64,000 nt of DNA from Lachnospiraceae bacterium UBA3692 (GTDB lineage Bacteria > Bacillota > Clostridia > Lachnospirales > Lachnospiraceae): NCBI GenBank assembly GCA_002372815.1, contig DFIR01000003.1, positions 9,837 through 73,836 on the forward strand, in the 5' to 3' direction. The first letter of the stretch is position 1, and each line of letters starts with the position of its first letter. Positions 62,071 to 64,000 of the stretch are shown here, one piece after another. The translations under genes were made by a program, and so were the position numbers. The notes beneath the pieces are model-generated. The model did not search any database. It was not told where the DNA came from and was given only the letters and a program-made list of their open reading frames with translations.

Positions 62071-62152
62071 CGAAAATATGTTCGATTTCCGTCTTGCCAA
62101 ATAGAACGACAGGTGTTACAGTAAAGTTACGAAAGTACAGAACAAACGTTCG
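62071..62152 (+). promoter_or_regulatory. sigma-A promoter flanked by two LexA (SOS) boxes
   Basis: TTGCCA(62094)-17 bp-TACAGT(62117) with upstream TG; GAAC-AAAC-GTTC at 62140-62151 and GAAA-ATAT-GTTC at 62072-62083. Confidence 0.65.
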
Positions 62153-62231
62153 ATTTTGGCAAGGCGGTTTACTTTACCCTCATATACCCAAAACTGGACG
62201 AATCTGCGTAACAACGGAAAGAAGGTGGACC

Positions 62232-62621
62232 ATGCAGGAGAAGAACATGCGGTACGGACAGTTCCTGAGGTCGAAGCGGATCGCTGACCGGAGGGAGCTG
62301 ACCCTGAAGGACATCGCGGAGGAGCTGGGCGTTTCCGTCAGCTTTGTAAGTGATGTGGAGCAGGGACGCCGGAAGCCCTATGACGAGGAGAAGACACAGA
62401 AGCTGATCGCCTTCCTGGATCTCACGGAGGAAGACGTCGCGCTGATGTATGACCTCGCAGCCAGGGAGAACAGCCGGATCCCCAGGGACCTGGAGGACAC
62501 CATGATGTACTCGGAGGCAGGGGAGATGGCAAGGTACGCCCTGCGGATGACAAAGAAGGGCGTTGTAAACGACGACGACTGGAAAGACTTCATCAGGTAT
62601 ATCAAGACAAAGGAGAAGTGA
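62232..62621 (+). CDS. XRE-family HTH regulator (ImmR-like)
   Basis: LTLKDIAEELGVSVSFVSDVEQGRRKP. Confidence 0.9.
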   Translation: MQEKNMRYGQFLRSKRIADRRELTLKDIAEELGVSVSFVSDVEQGRRKPYDEEKTQKLIAFLDLTEEDVALMYDLAARENSRIPRDLEDTMMYSEAGEMARYALRMTKKGVVNDDDWKDFIRYIKTKEK

Positions 62622-62625
62622 GAAG

Positions 62626-63456
62626 ATGATTGAATTCGTCTGCCCCAACAGGAAGTATGACGGCACGCCGGTCGTCACGGACCTCGAGGTCATGGCCTAC
62701 GCGGAGGCGCAGATCAGGGATTATAATCCGGAACTTCTGAAGGTTCCGGGGAAGCTGAACTTCATGCACTTTGTGGAGTCCTATCTGGAGGCTCCTGTGG
62801 ATGTGCAGGACATCCGGTTCGTGGTTCCCGGCGCGGAGATCAGCGGCGTGACTGTCTTTAAGGATGCCATGATCACGGTCATGGAAAACGGCGCCAGGGT
62901 AGAGAAGGAGTTCGCTGCCGGCACGATCATTATCGACCAGGGCGTGATCACCAGGGATGACAGTTACACGGCCTTTACCACATGCCATGAGGCGGGACAC
63001 TACTGCATGCACTATCCGTTTTTCTGCGGCCAGGATGTGATTGCGGCCAGGAGCGGGAGACGCGGGAACTTCATGGACAAGGTCATGTGCCGCAGCACGG
63101 TGATCGGAGCGGATAAGCACGAGAACCGGAAGTGGACGGACCAGGACTTCATGGAACACCAGGCGAATGTATACGGAGCCGCGCTTCTTATGCCGAGGCA
63201 GTCCTTCGTTCCTTTTGTGCAGGAGCTCAACAGGAAGGCAGGCCATCCTGACGGGATTTTTATCCGCCCTCACCTCGATCCCTACTACCGGCTCCGGCAC
63301 TGGTTTATCGATCTCAAGAGGATCGGAGAGACGATCGCGGAGACATACGGTGTTTCGGACGCGGCAGCTTTCGTCCACATGAAGAGGTGCGGCCTCATCA
63401 GCCCGGTGGATCCGAAGGAGGGCACGATCTACATCCGGAGAGGGATCGCGGTCTGA
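62626..63456 (+). CDS. ImmA/IrrE-family metallopeptidase
   Basis: FTTCHEAGH HExxH motif, EHQANVYGAALLMP, ETYGVS. Confidence 0.9.
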   Translation: MIEFVCPNRKYDGTPVVTDLEVMAYAEAQIRDYNPELLKVPGKLNFMHFVESYLEAPVDVQDIRFVVPGAEISGVTVFKDAMITVMENGARVEKEFAAGTIIIDQGVITRDDSYTAFTTCHEAGHYCMHYPFFCGQDVIAARSGRRGNFMDKVMCRSTVIGADKHENRKWTDQDFMEHQANVYGAALLMPRQSFVPFVQELNRKAGHPDGIFIRPHLDPYYRLRHWFIDLKRIGETIAETYGVSDAAAFVHMKRCGLISPVDPKEGTIYIRRGIAV

Positions 63457-63732
63457 ATGGCTTATCAGGAAGGAGACAGGGCTTATATCATTGAGAACAA
63501 TCTGCGTGTCACGCCGGTGAGCATCGCCAAAAGAAGCGGAGACTTCTATACAGTGGCGCTTTCCCATCATTGCTGGATCACTGTCAGGGAGAGCAGGCTG
63601 TACCGCACGGAGGAAGAGGCGAAGGCGAATGTAGGCATCGTTGTGATACCGAAGAAGGAGGAGCCGGAGATCGATCCGGGATATAAGTCCCCATACACAT
63701 ATGACAATCACAGGAGCCCTTATGGGATATGA
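63457..63732 (+). CDS. Hypothetical protein
   Basis: Coupled to the previous stop; YQEGDRAYIIEN...VRESRLYRTEEEA. Confidence 0.65.
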   Translation: MAYQEGDRAYIIENNLRVTPVSIAKRSGDFYTVALSHHCWITVRESRLYRTEEEAKANVGIVVIPKKEEPEIDPGYKSPYTYDNHRSPYGI

Positions 63733-63753
63733 CAGGAAAGGGAAGAAGGATAA

Positions 63754-63945
63754 GTGGCGGTCACGGAGGAGAAGGCAGAGGCCATCACTGTAAAATGCCC
63801 CTGCTGTAAACAGCGCCTGTTCGATATGAGCACAAGTACGGACGGGTTCATCAGTATAAAATGTGCCAAGTGCAACACGGTCGTCTCCGTGAAAATGCAC
63901 CATAAGAGTTTTCGATCAAGACGACGGAGAGCCCCGCAGGAATAA
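63754..63945 (+). CDS. Com-family (Mu Com-like) zinc-finger protein
   Basis: VKCPCCKQRLFD...ISIKCAKCN. Confidence 0.7.
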   Translation: MAVTEEKAEAITVKCPCCKQRLFDMSTSTDGFISIKCAKCNTVVSVKMHHKSFRSRRRRAPQE

Positions 63946-64000
63946 GTCCTGTGCTCCGGGCTGATGGGCCATGGGTCTTCCCAGGCAGTTCCAGCCCGTA

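Larger units (their letters stand above)
46010..64000. mobile_element. Genomic island (ICE/IME-like) integrated at the lysS 3' end; extends beyond the window
   Basis: Abrupt shift to AT-richer DNA after the lysS stop, arm-type-like repeats, defence cargo, XRE/ImmA/Com module; no integrase inside the window. Confidence 0.8.

Overview
This looks like a GC-rich Firmicute (Lachnospiraceae-like) chromosome segment; the taxon is inferred from gene order. Bases 1-46042 are core or near-core genes. They include a partial GH2 glycosidase, a LytTR/AgrC-like two-component pair, and an NHLP-type peptide export cassette with one double-glycine precursor ending in a CxxC-CxxC zinc ribbon and no modifying enzymes. 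They also include an L,D-transpeptidase, an MMPL transporter with a giant xxxLxxG heptad protein, a phosphohexomutase, three GT2 genes, murA, an FMN riboswitch before ribU, tsaE-tsaB-rimI-rnz-tsaD-ispD-dnaE-pfkA, trmH, nfeD/SPFH, argF, birA, dusB, greA and lysS. Right after lysS the DNA becomes visibly AT-richer and a mobile defence island begins, running past the window end. It carries triple TTACGACCAA repeats, a GmrSD-like DUF262/HNH protein, an apparent PD-(D/E)XK nuclease fused to an HhH-GPD [4Fe-4S] DNA glycosylase, type I R-M with two full hsdS genes, a PC4/YdbC-ASCH fusion, a repeat-flanked TPR-RCC1 lipoprotein cassette, an RlmJ-like protein and an XRE/ImmA module with SOS boxes. The best novelty candidates are the nuclease-glycosylase fusion, the enzyme-free zinc-ribbon NHLP system, a 61-bp palindromic array and a ~230-nt strand-biased hairpin. 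All calls come from reading motifs by eye; no searches were run.
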